Assembly (NCBI GenBank): GCA_017654855.1
Contig: CM030332.1
Location: 1,550,001-1,614,000, forward strand
DNA: 64,000 nt
Origin: Podospora anserina
Taxonomy: Eukaryota
Direction: 5' to 3'
Position numbers and translations under genes: made by a program. The notes under the pieces were generated by a model, which searched no databases, was not told the DNA's origin, and saw only the letters and a program-made list of their open reading frames with translations. Below are positions 60,850-64,000 of the stretch, piece by piece (within the stretch, counting starts at the first letter, position 1; each line of letters opens with the position of its first letter).

Positions 60850-61900
60850 TCTACCGAGTTGACGTTTGGATGATGGAACATGCCCATTCATACCAAACCC
60901 CCCTCACTCGGCAGGCATCTCAAATACCCGGGTGAAAGCCGATCTGATATCTCCAAATTCCTTGCATTGTCCTTGGGCCAAGGGCCGACTATTATCATCA
61001 TGACCAGGTTTTTGAGCCAAACGCAACCCTTGGCACCGTTGGAAACGCAATCTTCTTTTTGGAAGCATACCTTGCGAATGATGATAAGCTGATAAGACGT
61101 TGCGACGTCAGGCCGTTGAAGCGTGCATGCTGCTCGCTAGTGTGCAAAGCATCGGATCAGCAGAGAAGCGCTGCGAGATGCTGACGACATTGGTGGAGAG
61201 GCCGATATCATGTTTCGAGTTGATCTGTCTGAGATGAAGGTTGCAGTTTTGCGCCAAACCGAGTGAGGGGGTGGACGCCTTGTACGAAATAGGCATTTTC
61301 TTCCTGTTCTCGACCTAGATTGAGCACTTAATCTGGTGTAGGCCTTTTCCTTTGGGCCGGTGTTGCTCCAATAACATCGCTAGTGAGGTGATTGCAATGG
61401 TGAACAATCTCGATCGTCGTTCTGTTAGCACTTCTTTGGGGAGTACCCTGTGAGACGTGCCGTGCATCTCGAAGACTTCGACATCATGTATTGTCCTGGC
61501 CTGTGCTTGTCCGTGTTCCACCAGCAAGACAAGCATTGACAGCACTTCGTATTTCTCCACCGAACCGCATTCTAGACTCTTATTATTGTCAATGTCAAGC
61601 CTCAGGAGCCAAATCCGTGTCGAGAACGGCAGAAGCGTGCTAAGAAGTTGTTAGGTATAGGTAGTATGATTGGAGTGGGGCCAATGGTGATATCACAGAA
61701 TCAACACCCTATGCTACAGTGTACTACTGTGTACCTTTGGCACAGTCTCAACCAGCAGTCTCAACAAGCTGAGATGGTTCCTGGGACCCATTTCCAAGAG
61801 CAGGGAAGTGGTCAAAACAACCCTGATTCTTGAGTCAGTTGTGAGCGTGACTACCAGGATGTTGCCGATGTCTAGGCACGCTCACCACCAAAGGGCAAGA
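60850..61900 (-). pseudogene. Possible decayed remnant of an NB-ARC/TPR (NLR-like) gene
   Basis: One frame stays open from about 61647 to 61108 except for a TAG at 61315-61317. The translation (LLSTLLPF...VFEMH...RLFTIAITSL...PKGKGLH...LAQNCNLHLRQI) loosely resembles the post-NB-ARC helical region of fungal NLRs. No P-loop found. Confidence 0.25.
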
Positions 61901-64000
61901 CGGCAACATACCTTGCAGTAACTTTGAGCCTCAAGCCTCTGCCCTTGAATCTGAGCCCGTTTGACGGGAGTGGACCTATCCAATCTCAGCTTTGGCCGAC
62001 AGTTGGCATACCGACTGATCAGTGAGAGGGTGTAAGCCGGCACTTGTTGAGTTTTCGAGAAGCTTGAATCGAGATGAACATCAGAAAGGGCTGGGAATAT
62101 TCCGCCAGCCGAGGCCCAGGGGAAACTTCGACAAGGTGTGGAATCTCTGGAATGGTGATGCCGCAAGTCGAGCATGGGACGACCTCGTTGTCTCGTTGGT
62201 GCCCCTCCACTTTAGACCTGCCAGTTTCAGCGGGCGGTGAGTGTACAGCAGGGTCTCGAGAGTGGCCCGAATTCACATGACACCAGCGGCTTGTTACACC
62301 AAGCGACTTGGACGCTTGGTAACTCTGGCGTTTATGCGAGTGATTGGCGCGGCAATGAATTATTCACAGTGAACCAATGGCTGAAGAGGCGGGAGAAGCT
62401 ACCAGTGAATCTCGAGAGAACAAGAGGGGAAAAGGGTGACGGGATTGATGGCTGTGTGGCACAATTGTAGATCGATGGGAGATCAACGCGCAGGTCCCAG
62501 GTCCGCGACGACTACCGACAAGGCACGATGAATCCGCACAGTGCAAGACCAAGGCCAACAATCACGGTGCCTCCACATCGTGCCCCTGTCTAGCGACCTT
62601 CCAAACCGCTGGTACCGGAGAACATTGGACATGCTTCCGTTTGATTTCCACGCTCAACACCCGCACACCCGCAAGAGAGATGAGAAGACAGTTACACTGC
62701 ATCTGTCGATGGCAAGTAATCCCACGCACTTGGCAGTGACACATGGGAGCGGGCTACGGCGGTATAGCAAATTGCCAGACGTGGCCAGGATCGCTGGAAA
62801 TGCTCGTCATAAACTAACAAACTTGTTGGAGTTGTGTTGTGGTCAAGGTACCGTTTACCGTAGTCGGCGTTAGCAGATGGCAAGTACACTGTCCGTCTCA
62901 GGTCTGTTAGTGCCTTCCCAGCCTGCCGCCATAACCATATCTTTGTTGCGCCTGCCCGCACGACCTCGAACTCTTTCCATTCCTGCCATATGCTCTTGTC
63001 TGGTTGAGCTCTCTCTGCCTCCCATCTTGTATCTTCTTCTCGTCCTCTGTCTCCCCTTCTCACGGCCCCCTCCCCACCATCATTGATACTGGTCCATCAC
63101 TCCAGTCTGCCTCCAGCTGTTAGTACATTCCCTCCTCGTCATCAGTATCCTCTTTGAACCCGCCACCTACCACCCAAGGCCGCCGTTTGCCCACCTCCAC
63201 CTGTCTCTTGTCTGTCTCCAGCTGTACAGTACATTATTACCGAGGTGTAGGAATCCCGTACTCGGTTCCCTACCGCCACGCCTGTCTGTTCTCGCAGGTG
63301 CTTTCGGCTCTCGGGCATACTGAGCCTGCGATTGATCTGCACGCCATTTGCCAAGACATCGACTTCGAGAAGCCCAGGGGCGCCCCTCAAATACCGCCGA
63401 GTCTTATATCCATCGCTACCTCAAAGGGGCGTGAAAAAGAGTCACCATTACACCCTCATAAACACCACCGAGGCACCGCCGAACCATATCTTATCCTCGA
63501 CGGTACTCCTCTGGGCTGTTGTGGCTGGCGTGCATGGCTCTGTGATACCCTCTGTCTACAGCAGGAATTAGTCATTGGCCGTACCACGGTCCCCTAACAG
63601 GCCTAACACTTACACACGATTTCTGTTTCTTGGCGGTCGATTCTGAGCCGCTGAACGGTCGACCCCCAACAAGCGGAACCGACGCCGTTATAACTCGCTG
63701 ACCCTAGCCTTCAAGCCTGAATCCACTGGGGTCAAACGCCTCCAGAAAGAAAACGACGCCCCCGTGTCTGTGGGCTACGAAGTACTGGGTGGTTGACCTT
63801 CCAGGTTGAGAGTGCGTGCCGAAACTCTAGCTTCAGGTCTCGCATTGAGCCGAGAGGAGCATTATTATTATAACTCGAGGTCAGTTCCCTCCCCATATGC
63901 TCTTCTTCGTTCTTCCGTCTCATCCTTTCCATTGAAGCCCCCCAAGAGCCCCCCCAAAACCGCACTGCTCTCCCCCACCTGGGTATTGGGCATCAAGCAG

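Overview
Eukaryotic, intron-containing DNA from a filamentous ascomycete. Short GT-AG introns with CTRAC branch sites, gene content and composition suggest Sordariales, possibly Podospora-like (inference). About 17 protein genes can be supported: rad21/scc1 cohesin kleisin, pmr1 Ca2+/Mn2+ P-type ATPase, a Cys-rich type I membrane protein, a 726-aa orphan with an N-terminal HTH, an Efm2-like lysine methyltransferase, an ELL-like elongation factor, a 7-exon dynein light chain LC8 that the ORF track misses, mrd1, a TEA/ATTS (AbaA-like) transcription factor, a secreted His1 protein, cyclophilin H, an NCS1 purine-cytosine permease, dus3, a kelch propeller protein, rcf2 and weaker hypothetical or decayed genes. 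Non-coding elements include an snR64-like box C/D snoRNA in mrd1 intron 2, a MITE-like inverted repeat, a ~105-bp duplication whose second copy is flanked by 12-bp direct repeats, and small tandem repeats. The most interesting candidate is the secreted protein at 43215-44801, which has the motif order of a histidine-brace (LPMO-like) copper protein but does not obviously match the family motifs I know. Two gene-poor tracts (18.9-29.6 kb and 59-64 kb) carry only splice-signal hints or decayed coding remnants. All identifications come from motif recognition by eye; no searches were run.
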